A stretch of DNA of 64,000 nucleotides from contig DAOTXW010000081.1 of the NCBI GenBank assembly GCA_034435035.1, forward strand, positions 72,580 through 136,579, written 5' to 3'. The notes under the pieces are model-generated. The model was not told the origin of the DNA. It was given only the letters and a program-made list of their open reading frames with translations, and searched no databases. Shown here piece by piece: positions 46,017 through 54,494 of this stretch (position 1 is its first letter; each line of letters begins with the position of its first letter). A program made the translations under genes and the position numbers. The DNA is from Anaerolineae bacterium (GTDB lineage: Bacteria; Chloroflexota; Anaerolineae; Aggregatilineales; UBA3940).

Positions 46017-47366
46017 GTGGATCCTGTGTTCAGTGGCCTGATACTCCTGCTGGTACTCCTGTTCAGCGCGTTTCTGACGGCAGCACGCACAGCACTGGGA
46101 AGCGCCCGCCGACAGGTCCTGCGCGAGCGCGCTGAAAAAGGCGATGCAGCCGCCCAGCGTGCAGCCGCCGTCGCCGAGGACTCGAGCCGTGTGATCGGCA
46201 CCTTCCATCTGGCGATCGTGCTGGCGCACTTTCTGCTCGCGGGCCTGGTGATCGGGATCTTTCTCCCGCCGCTGGCAGGCGCACTGTCGGCGCAGCTGCC
46301 GCTGCACCCGGTGGCCGCCCTGCTGATCAGCTATCTTCTGGTTATCCTGCCGGCCGCGCTGATCGTCTACGTCCTCACCGATCTCCTGCCCGACATGCTG
46401 GTGCACCGCGACGCGGAGAATGCTGCGATCCTGCTGGCCGGCCCGGCCCGGTTTGTCATCTGGCTTATGTGGCCGCTGGTCAGCATCCTGGTGGCGATCC
46501 GCCGCCTCGTTGCATCGACCCTCGGCGACGATCAAGAACCTGGCACCGTGACGGAAGAGGAAATCATGACCCTCGTCGATGCCGGCGAGGAGGAAGGCTC
46601 CATCCAGCTGGGAGAGAAGGAGATGATCTACTCCATCTTCCAGTTGAATGACACCGTAGCCCGTGAGATCATGGTACCGCGCATTGACATCGTAGCGCTG
46701 GATGTCAACACGCCGCTTGAACGGGCACGCGAGGTGATCATCGGCGCGGGGCATTCACGCATCCCCCTCTATGAGGAATCACTTGACCGCGTGATCGGCC
46801 TCGTGTACGCAAAGGACCTGCTCTCTGTCTGGCACCGCGGCGAGCCGCTGCAGAACCTGCGCAGCCTGCTGCGACCGGCCCTCTTTATCCCCGAATCCAA
46901 GCGGGTTCCCGATCTGCTGCATGAGCTGCGCAACGCCAAAGTGCACATGGCGATTGTGATCGACGAGTACGGCGGCACAGCCGGCCTGGTAACCCTGGAA
47001 GATATTGTTGAGGAGATCGTGGGGGAGATCTTTGATGAGTACGACTCAAGCGCCGAAGAACCCTACCAGATGGTAAGCCCTGATGAGTATATCGTCGATG
47101 CCCGAATGAACCTGGATGACTTCAACGACCTGCTGGATGTCACGCTCTCCGATGAAATGGGGGACACTCTGGGCGGGTTCATCTACGGAGAGCTGGGCAA
47201 AGTCCCTCAGGAGGGCGAGGTCGTAACAGCCGGTTCCCTGCGCCTGGAAGTCATCAGCGTGCATGACCGGCGCATCCGCAAGGTGCGCGTCAGACGCACG
47301 GGCAGCCCGGCAGAACCGGCCAGCAGTCAGGAGGAGGCTCCTCATGCAAACCCCCGGGAGCATTGA
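46017..47366 (+). CDS. CNNM/TlyC-family protein (DUF21, CBS pair, CorC_HlyC domains)
   Basis: Four N-terminal TM segments. CBS region AREIMVPRIDIVAL...HSRIPLY...VHMAIVIDEYGGTAGLVTLEDIVEEIVGEI. C-terminal transporter-associated domain. Confidence 0.85.
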   Translation: MDPVFSGLILLLVLLFSAFLTAARTALGSARRQVLRERAEKGDAAAQRAAAVAEDSSRVIGTFHLAIVLAHFLLAGLVIGIFLPPLAGALSAQLPLHPVAALLISYLLVILPAALIVYVLTDLLPDMLVHRDAENAAILLAGPARFVIWLMWPLVSILVAIRRLVASTLGDDQEPGTVTEEEIMTLVDAGEEEGSIQLGEKEMIYSIFQLNDTVAREIMVPRIDIVALDVNTPLERAREVIIGAGHSRIPLYEESLDRVIGLVYAKDLLSVWHRGEPLQNLRSLLRPALFIPESKRVPDLLHELRNAKVHMAIVIDEYGGTAGLVTLEDIVEEIVGEIFDEYDSSAEEPYQMVSPDEYIVDARMNLDDFNDLLDVTLSDEMGDTLGGFIYGELGKVPQEGEVVTAGSLRLEVISVHDRRIRKVRVRRTGSPAEPASSQEEAPHANPREH

Positions 47367-47769
47367 TCGGGCAGTGCTGGCAGACACGGCGCGCCAGGCC
47401 CGCCACCGTGCTTATGCCCCGTATTCAGGTTATCAGGTCGGCGCGGCCCTGCTGGCCGCCAATGGGACGATCTACAGCGGCTGCAATGTGGAAAATGCTG
47501 CCTACCCGGCGTGCATCTGCGCCGAGCGCGTGGCGATCACCCGCGCCATTGCCGACGGCTGCCGCGACTTCGTCGCCATCGCGGTAGCGACGGACAATGG
47601 CGGAGCCCCCTGCGGGACATGCCGCCAGGTCATGTTCGAGTTTGCGCCCGATCTGGTGGTCATCCTGGCTGATACGTCAGCTATCGTCGCCGAGTACCTC
47701 CTCTCCGATCTGCTGCCAAACGGTTTCGGCCCCCATCATCTGAGCGGCCCGAGAATCCCTGCGAGTTAG
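47344..47769 (+). CDS. cdd: Cytidine deaminase
   Basis: YAPYSGYQVGAALL, zinc motifs CAERVAI and PCGTCRQVM. ATG 47344 overlaps the upstream gene end. Confidence 0.9.
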   Translation: MQTPGSIDRAVLADTARQARHRAYAPYSGYQVGAALLAANGTIYSGCNVENAAYPACICAERVAITRAIADGCRDFVAIAVATDNGGAPCGTCRQVMFEFAPDLVVILADTSAIVAEYLLSDLLPNGFGPHHLSGPRIPAS

Positions 47770-47777
47770 GGGCGGCG

Positions 47778-48551
47778 GTGCCGATCTCCCAGGTTTTCCG
47801 CACCGAGGCGATCATCCTGCGCCGCCATGATCTCGGCGAGACCGATCGCATTCTGACCCTGTTCACCCGCGATCACGGCAAGATCCGGGCCGTCGCCAAG
47901 GGCGTCCGCAAGCCGGCGGGGCACAAAACCGGCCATGTCGAGCTTTTCATGCGCACCGATATGTTGCTGGCCCGCGGACGTTCGCTGGATGTGGTCACCC
48001 AGGCGCAGATGATCGACGCCTACCTGCCCCTGCGTGAAGACCTGGTGCGGACCACCTATGCCCTGCACATCGTGGAGCTGCTGGACGCCTTCACCGAGGA
48101 GCACGACGAGAGCCGTCTGCTGTATGGGCTGCTCAGGGATGCGCTGGGCTGGCTGTGCACCACCGGCGACCTGCGTCGCACCGCCCGCTATTATGAGCTG
48201 CGCCTGCTGGACCTGGCTGGCTACCGCCCCGGGCTGTTCACCTGCGTTATCTGCGGAGATACGATCCAGCCGCAGGACCAGTACTACAGCGCGGCTGATG
48301 GCGGCGTGGTGTGCCCTCGCTGCGCGCACAACCGCCCTCGCCTGCGGGCGCTCTCCCTGCGCGCCCTGAAAGTGCTGCGCTATCTCCAGACTCGTTCCTT
48401 TGATGCTGTCGAGCAGCTGACACTGGGGGAGGCAGTCCAGAATGAATGCGAGCGCCTGCTGCATGAAGCTCTGGCCTTCTACCTGGAAAGACGCCTGAGG
48501 TCCGCCGCGTTCCTGGAGCGACTGCGCCGCGAAACACCCCCCGGACCGTGA
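47778..48551 (+). CDS. recO: DNA repair protein RecO
   Basis: EAIILRRHDLGETDRILTLFTRDHGKIRAVAKGVRK OB-fold N-terminus and the Cys4 zinc motif CVICGD...VVCPRC. Confidence 0.9.
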   Translation: MPISQVFRTEAIILRRHDLGETDRILTLFTRDHGKIRAVAKGVRKPAGHKTGHVELFMRTDMLLARGRSLDVVTQAQMIDAYLPLREDLVRTTYALHIVELLDAFTEEHDESRLLYGLLRDALGWLCTTGDLRRTARYYELRLLDLAGYRPGLFTCVICGDTIQPQDQYYSAADGGVVCPRCAHNRPRLRALSLRALKVLRYLQTRSFDAVEQLTLGEAVQNECERLLHEALAFYLERRLRSAAFLERLRRETPPGP

Positions 48552-48557
48552 AACACA

Positions 48558-48584
48558 GCGGGCCTCCTGATGCAGGAGGCCCGC
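48558..48584. terminator. Hairpin between convergent recO and the response-regulator operon
   Basis: gcgggcctcct (48558-48568), loop gatgc, aggaggcccgc (48574-48584). No strong U tract. Confidence 0.45.
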
Positions 48585-48601
48585 TGACAGGGACGCCGTG
48601 T

Positions 48602-49600
48602 TTATTCGGCAGCCGGACCGCCGGCAGCCGGACCGCCGGCAGCCGTCTCCGGTCGGGGCGGTTCTGCCGCGGCGGCAGGCGCAGCCGGTGACGCGGTGGA
48701 TGCCGCCGTCGGCTGCTCGCCCGCAGGAGCAGCGGCCGCCTCTGGCCGGCTGGCCGCCGCGATCTTCACATCCTCCGGTAGCGCCACCAGCGAGCGCAGC
48801 GCCTCCGGGGGGATGCGAACCAGCCGGAACTGCATCAGGGGTATTTCCTGGCTGTTATGGGTCATGTGGCCCCGCGCAACTTCAGCCGGATCATAGAAGC
48901 GTTCAATGTGCTTGCGGAACCGGGTGGGCAGCTCCTGCTCGACTTTAGTAGCGGCCTCCTGCTTGAGGCCGATCAGGAAGTGATCGTCCCGCGGGTGACC
49001 GATGAACGACCCCGATGGATCGACCTGATGCAGCAGATCGCCGATCATTTTGGCAGCGCTGCGGATCACCTGATTGGCTGAGACCGGCCCGTATTTCTCG
49101 CTGAAGGCGGCGAAGTGATCGATCTGCACATCCACAAACACGTTGTCCGGGTTGCCCAGAATCCCGGGGAGGCGCTCTTTGATCAGGGTCATATTGGGCA
49201 GGCTGGTGCGCGGATCCACCAGCGGAGTCCCGCCCATGCGGATGATGATGTTATGCACCCGCAGCCGCAGCTCCTCGACATCGAAGGGCTTGGTGACATA
49301 ATCATCAGCGCCCAGGCTCAGTCCATCCAGCCGATCACGGCGTTCATCCTTCTGTGTCAGAAAGATGATCGGGATCAACCGGGTGCGCTCCTCTGAGCGC
49401 AGCCGACGGCAGATTTCGTAGCCGTCCATGTCTGGCAGCATAATGTCCAGGATGATTACTTCTGGCTGCTGTTCCAGTGCCATCTCGATCGCACTGGCCC
49501 CCGTCAGCGCACTAACCACCTCGTAGCCGACCATCTCAAAATAGCGGCGCAGCAGGTCAGACGTGATGACCTCATCCTCAACAACCAGCAGTTTATTCAT
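48602..49600 (-). CDS. Response regulator: intact REC domain, degenerate GGDEF domain, Ala/Pro-rich tail
   Basis: REC motifs: VVEDE, ILDIMLPDMDG, FLTQ, VTKPF. GGDEF-like region: DPRTSLPNMTL, VQIDHFAAFSEKYG. At the GGDEF position the sequence is GHPRDDHF. Confidence 0.8.
   Translation of the reverse strand: MNKLLVVEDEVITSDLLRRYFEMVGYEVVSALTGASAIEMALEQQPEVIILDIMLPDMDGYEICRRLRSEERTRLIPIIFLTQKDERRDRLDGLSLGADDYVTKPFDVEELRLRVHNIIIRMGGTPLVDPRTSLPNMTLIKERLPGILGNPDNVFVDVQIDHFAAFSEKYGPVSANQVIRSAAKMIGDLLHQVDPSGSFIGHPRDDHFLIGLKQEAATKVEQELPTRFRKHIERFYDPAEVARGHMTHNSQEIPLMQFRLVRIPPEALRSLVALPEDVKIAAASRPEAAAAPAGEQPTAASTASPAAPAAAAEPPRPETAAGGPAAGGPAAE
48608..48645. repeat. 15-bp tandem repeat (about 2.5 copies) inside the response-regulator 3' end
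   Basis: ggcagccggaccgcc occurs twice (48608-48622, 48623-37), followed by a partial copy ggcagccg. On the minus strand it encodes AAGGPAAGGPAAE. Confidence 0.85.
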
Positions 49601-49637
49601 GCGGGCTTCCTTACTGACGATCTCTGTGGAAGGTCGC

Positions 49638-50831
49638 TTACAACTGGCGGGCCAGGTTCAGCACCGCCCGCGAGAAAAGAGAATCCGGGCGCGACATGAC
49701 CAGCGGCATTCCCTCGCTCAAGGCATTAACCTGCGCCGGCTCATAGGGAATATCAGCGGTGATCGGGTAGTTGATGGCCTGCATCACCGCTTCGTGCGTC
49801 ACGCCGCTGGGTCGTGTCCGGTTAATTACCACATGATGGACAGCCGGCAGCTTGAGGTCCAGAATGGCACGCAACGTATCAGGCGCATTGATCAGATCAG
49901 CGGGATCATCGCCCACCACCAGCACCAGGTGCGCAGCATATCTCAAGGCCCCAACGGTCATATCGTCCAGCGAGGCTGGCAGGTCCACGACCATCCGGCG
50001 GAATCCTTCGGACAGGACTCCGCATATATATTTGAGCATTTCGCTGCTCATCTGACTGCGGGTGGGGCCCAGGGGCGCAGCCAGTACGGCGATACCGGCA
50101 GCATGGTCCAGCATCAACGCACTACCAATCGTCCGCTTGTCGGGCAGGGCGCTCAGGTCGGCCAGATCGACCCACGTGCTGCGCGGCGGCACCATTCTGA
50201 GCTGCACGGCAACCTGACCGGCCTGCTGGTGGAGATCGATCACGCAGGAGCGCCCAAACTGCATCAAGCCAAGCCCCAGGTTGACCGCCAGCGTGGTCGC
50301 GCCAGCGCCTCCCGCCAGCCCCATGACCGCTACCAGCGGCAGGCCGCCTGGGGGGGATGACATTCCCGGAGCCGGTGGGGCGCCGACCCCCGGCGCTGCG
50401 CCCGGGGTGCTGGGCTTTGCCGGCAGGGGCGGCGGCGGCTCCAGGGGGGCCGGCGTGGTGCGGGCTCCGGTACGAAGCAGGTCCTCGACATGCCGGGTCA
50501 GATCATCGCGCGTCACCGGCTTGGTGACGAAGTCATCGGCGCCAGCATCATGCGCCTGTTCACGATGCTCACGCTGTGAGAGGGCCGTCAGGATGAGCAG
50601 GGGAATGTCCATCGTGCGTGGATCTTCGCGCAGGGTACGGCACACTTCGTACCCGCTGATCTCAGGCATCATGACATCGACAATCGCCGCATCCGGCTGC
50701 TCCTGGCGGGCAATCTCAATGCCTTCACGACCGTTGCTGGCCAGGATGGTCTGGTGCCCCGCCCGCTTCAGCATCAGGCTCATCATCTGAAGCAGACTTT
50801 GATCGTCATCGATGACCAGGATACGGGCCAT
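49638..50831 (-). CDS. Response regulator: REC domain, Pro-rich linker, CpaE/MinD/ParA-like domain with both Walker-A lysines missing
   Basis: REC motifs: VIDDD, IVDVMMPEISG, ILTAL, VTKPV. The ParA-like part reads VAVMGLAGGAGATTLAVNLG where KGGxGKTT is expected. ATG 50831 has an AAGG RBS. Confidence 0.75.
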   Translation of the reverse strand: MARILVIDDDQSLLQMMSLMLKRAGHQTILASNGREGIEIARQEQPDAAIVDVMMPEISGYEVCRTLREDPRTMDIPLLILTALSQREHREQAHDAGADDFVTKPVTRDDLTRHVEDLLRTGARTTPAPLEPPPPLPAKPSTPGAAPGVGAPPAPGMSSPPGGLPLVAVMGLAGGAGATTLAVNLGLGLMQFGRSCVIDLHQQAGQVAVQLRMVPPRSTWVDLADLSALPDKRTIGSALMLDHAAGIAVLAAPLGPTRSQMSSEMLKYICGVLSEGFRRMVVDLPASLDDMTVGALRYAAHLVLVVGDDPADLINAPDTLRAILDLKLPAVHHVVINRTRPSGVTHEAVMQAINYPITADIPYEPAQVNALSEGMPLVMSRPDSLFSRAVLNLARQL

Positions 50832-50948
50832 GTTCTTACCTTTCCCGGGTTGAGCACAGGCCATGACAGGCTGGTGCACAGCAGTTGCTATCGTCCCTAT
50901 TGTACGCAGATTATGTCAAGGAGCAATCCGGGGCGGCCCCTGAGCAGG

Positions 50949-50976
50949 TTGTGGAATATTCAGCAGACGCTATACT
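50949..50976 (+). promoter_or_regulatory. Promoter candidate for the STAS gene
   Basis: TTGTGG (50949-50954), 16 nt, TATACT (50971-50976). Confidence 0.35.
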
Positions 50977-51016
50977 TGGGACATCCGATTTCCATCCCTG
51001 GCCCCGGAGCCTACCG

Positions 51017-51364
51017 ATGAGCGTGACGATTGCCGAAGAAACTCTCGAGGGCGGGCTGCATAAGGTGTCGCTGGCCGGAACGCTGGATGCCCCCGGCACC
51101 ATGAGCATTGAGGAGGACTTCAAAGCCCGGCTGATCGCCATCGGCGGTCGGGTGCTGGTCGATCTATCCGGCGTCGAATACATGTCGAGCTACGGCCTGC
51201 GGATGTTCCTGGTCAGTGCTAAGGCCCTGCACACGGCTGGCGGTGAACTGTGCCTGGCAGCCCCGAACCGCACGGTGATGCAGATCATCCAGATGGCCGG
51301 CTACGACACGATGTTTCCCGTCTACGAAACCATTGAGGAGGCTCTGCTGTATCTCGGCCAGTGA
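51017..51364 (+). CDS. STAS-domain protein (anti-sigma-factor antagonist family)
   Basis: VLVDLSGVEYMSSYGLRMFLVSAKAL...MQIIQMAGYDTMFPVYETIEEAL. Ser in the YMSSYG context sits at the usual phosphorylatable position. Confidence 0.8.
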   Translation: MSVTIAEETLEGGLHKVSLAGTLDAPGTMSIEEDFKARLIAIGGRVLVDLSGVEYMSSYGLRMFLVSAKALHTAGGELCLAAPNRTVMQIIQMAGYDTMFPVYETIEEALLYLGQ

Positions 51365-51394
51365 TGCCTGGCATGCCCTCTGACTGGCGTCGTT

Positions 51395-51592
51395 TCAGGT
51401 AGTAGACGCCTGATCGTCAGCAGCCAGCGCCGCCTCCTGCGCGCGATGCTGGCCGCATCTCCCTTCCGCCGGGACAAACATCGCTGCCGTGCGCCGGAGG
51501 GCCGCCTGTACTTTCAGCCGCCGAAACAACTCAAAGCCGTCAAAGCCCGGCCGATTCAGATGCGATCCGAAGGGCCGGAGTCTGCACGGCAC
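51395..51592 (-). pseudogene. Decayed remnant of a response-regulator receiver domain
   Basis: The translation HLNRPGFDGFELFRRLKVQAALRRTAAMFVPAEG...AQEAALAADD aligns with the REC pattern DLxMPGMDGFELLRRLK...PVIMLTAEG...ALELGADD. The acceptor Asp is replaced by His and the N-terminal half is missing or frameshifted. Confidence 0.45.
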
Positions 51593-51709
51593 ACCCGGTC
51601 AGTCTGATCCCTCAGGGAGTCGATCGCCAGACGCGGCGCCCCTGCCAGCCGCCTGAGACTCGCCGCTGGCGACACGATCCGCCACAGGGCCTGGCGCGGA
51701 GATGATCCC

Positions 51710-52522
51710 GTGAAGCTTAAGTGGCCGCAGGCCCGCCATTTGATTATCTCTCCTCATCTGGACGATGGAGTCCTGAGCTGCGGCGGGTTAATATGGGAGC
51801 AAGCAGCGCGCGGGGAAAGCATCGCGGTCGTGACGCTGTGCGCTGCCAGCCCGCCTCGGTCGCTGCCCCTCTCACCGATCGCCGCCGAACTGCATGCACG
51901 CTGGCAGGCAGCGCTGCCACCCGGCAGCGGCTTCTCGGATCTGCTGGCTGTGCGCCGCGCCGAAGACATCCGATCCCTGTCTATGCTACATCCCGCCATC
52001 GAAGCGGCCCATATGCCGCTGCTGGACTGCATCTACCGCCACCACCCGGCCACCGGAGAGCCCCTGTATCCGCATGAAGCCGATATCTTTGGGCCAGTTC
52101 ACCCGGCTGATCCGGCCCGCACTCTGCTGGAGACGCTGGCCCCGCCTCCGCCGGACAGGTGGGTCTACTGCCCGCTGGCCATAGGGAATCATGTAGATCA
52201 TCAGCTGGCACGCTGGGCCGTGGAAGGCTGGGGAATCCCACCGGGGCAGTTGTTCTACTATGAAGACTACCCCTACGCCGACGACCCCGCGGCTCTGTCG
52301 GCCATCATCGACCGCCAAGCGGGCTGGATACCCCGGACGATCGCCCTGTCGCCGGCTGCTCTGGACGCCAAGATAGCCGCTGTGGCGCAGCACGTCTCCC
52401 AGATCGAGACTTTCTGGGCCAGCGTGGAGGTCATGTCAGATCGACTGCGGGCCTTCGCCACCCGGGTCGGCGGCGAGCGGCTCTGGGTAGCGGCCGGTCA
52501 ACCAGCGGATCTCACAGACTAA
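51710..52522 (+). CDS. PIG-L/LmbE-family N-acetylglucosaminyl deacetylase
   Basis: LIISPHLDDGVLSCGGLI (PHxDD motif) and a later HVDH motif (IGNHVDHQLA). Confidence 0.8.
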   Translation: MKLKWPQARHLIISPHLDDGVLSCGGLIWEQAARGESIAVVTLCAASPPRSLPLSPIAAELHARWQAALPPGSGFSDLLAVRRAEDIRSLSMLHPAIEAAHMPLLDCIYRHHPATGEPLYPHEADIFGPVHPADPARTLLETLAPPPPDRWVYCPLAIGNHVDHQLARWAVEGWGIPPGQLFYYEDYPYADDPAALSAIIDRQAGWIPRTIALSPAALDAKIAAVAQHVSQIETFWASVEVMSDRLRAFATRVGGERLWVAAGQPADLTD

Positions 52523-52597
52523 GATGCCAGCGAGAAGCAGGCCCATCCAGCAGGGTCCGCCAGCGGTTCGCTTTCGGGCCATCCCGCGCTGCGGCCC

Positions 52598-52924
52598 CTA
52601 GATCTGCTCAAAGCGCTCCACCGGCAAGACAAACACCGTCGCCCCGCCGATGGGGACTTCCGTATACGTCACCCCCATAGCGATTGGCTCGGTCGGGTCG
52701 AGGTGGATCGGGTGCAGACGCATTCGCCGCTGGCAGGTGCGGCGCAGAATCGCCATCACCCGGTTGATCTCATCATCCTGGGCGGCACAGAACAGCGTCG
52801 AATTACCCTGGCGAAAGAAACCGCCCGTGGAGGCGATCCGGGTCACGCGGAAGCCCGCATCCGTCAGTTCCTTCATGGTTGTGTCGGCATCAATGTCCTG
52901 AACAATGGCTAACACGAGCTTCAT
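52598..52924 (-). CDS. darA: PII-like cyclic-di-AMP receptor (DUF970, DarA/PstA family)
   Basis: MKLVLAIVQDIDADTTMKELTDAGFRVTRIASTGGFFRQGNSTL...GGATVFVLPVERFEQI matches the YaaQ/DarA pattern. Length is 108 aa. Confidence 0.75.
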   Translation of the reverse strand: MKLVLAIVQDIDADTTMKELTDAGFRVTRIASTGGFFRQGNSTLFCAAQDDEINRVMAILRRTCQRRMRLHPIHLDPTEPIAMGVTYTEVPIGGATVFVLPVERFEQI

Positions 52925-53094
52925 GATCGGTTTTCCCCCTGCCGCCCTGTGATCTATCCCTGATTATAGGCAATTTGCCACCTGTGAGAAGGGTGGATTT
53001 CTTGTTGGGGCAGGTGTACGCACCGCCCCTCCCGACGAGCAAGCTCGCAGCCGATCTGGCCCCGAGATCGGAACGCCCCCCTGTGAGACCACGG

Positions 53095-53123
53095 TTGACG
53101 GCTCCCAGCAGGGTCGCTAGAAT
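53095..53123 (+). promoter_or_regulatory. Sigma-A-type promoter of the sulfurtransferase-sufE pair
   Basis: TTGACG (53095-53100), 17 nt, TAGAAT (53118-53123). Confidence 0.55.
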
Positions 53124-53147
53124 CCGGTAAATTAACAGACATTTATC

Positions 53148-53168
53148 TTCTATATATTCTATATATTC
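53148..53168 (+). repeat. AT-rich direct repeat in the 5' UTR
   Basis: ttctatata (53148-53156), ttctatata (53157-53165), ttc. It lies directly before RBS AGGAGAG (53169-53175). Confidence 0.8.
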
Positions 53169-53182
53169 AGGAGAGTCCGCCC

Positions 53183-54043
<861 letters not shown>

Positions 54044-54051
54044 ACATTCCC

Positions 54052-54489
54052 ATGGTGGACTATCCGGCCGGCCTGCGCCAGATTCTTGAGGACTTCGCTG
54101 GCATCAGCGATCGGAATGAGCGGGCAGAACTGCTCATCCACTACAGCGACCGGTTCCAGCCGGTCCCTTCCTCCATCGCGACACGCCCATTCGGGGAGGA
54201 GCACCGGGTGCAGGCCTGCGAATCGGATGCCTATGTATGGGCCAGCCCGCAGCCTGACGGCACGCTCAAGTTCTATTTCGCTGTAGAGAACCCGCAGGGG
54301 CTGTCGGCCAGGGCGCTGGCGGCGATCCTGGACGAAGCGCTGTCCGGTGCGCCGCTGCCGCAGGTGGCCGCTGTCTCACCGGAGATCGTTTTCACCCTGT
54401 TCGGGCGCGACATCTCGATGGGCAAGGGCGCCGGGCTGACCAGTATGGTCAGTCTGGTAACCGCGCTGGCCCGCCAGCAGATGCCTTAA
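54052..54489 (+). CDS. sufE: SufE-like sulfur acceptor protein
   Basis: DRNERAELLIHYSDRF, the active Cys context VQACESDAYVW, and DGTLKFYFAVENPQGL. The start was moved to ATG 54052. Confidence 0.75.
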   Translation: MVDYPAGLRQILEDFAGISDRNERAELLIHYSDRFQPVPSSIATRPFGEEHRVQACESDAYVWASPQPDGTLKFYFAVENPQGLSARALAAILDEALSGAPLPQVAAVSPEIVFTLFGRDISMGKGAGLTSMVSLVTALARQQMP

Positions 54490-54494
54490 GCACA

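Noticed and set aside
48608-48645. Tandem repeat considered as a possible CRISPR or minisatellite element.
   Set aside because: It has only 2.5 copies of 15 bp with no spacers, and it is in frame inside a coding region. No CRISPR-like repeat-spacer array was seen anywhere in the window.
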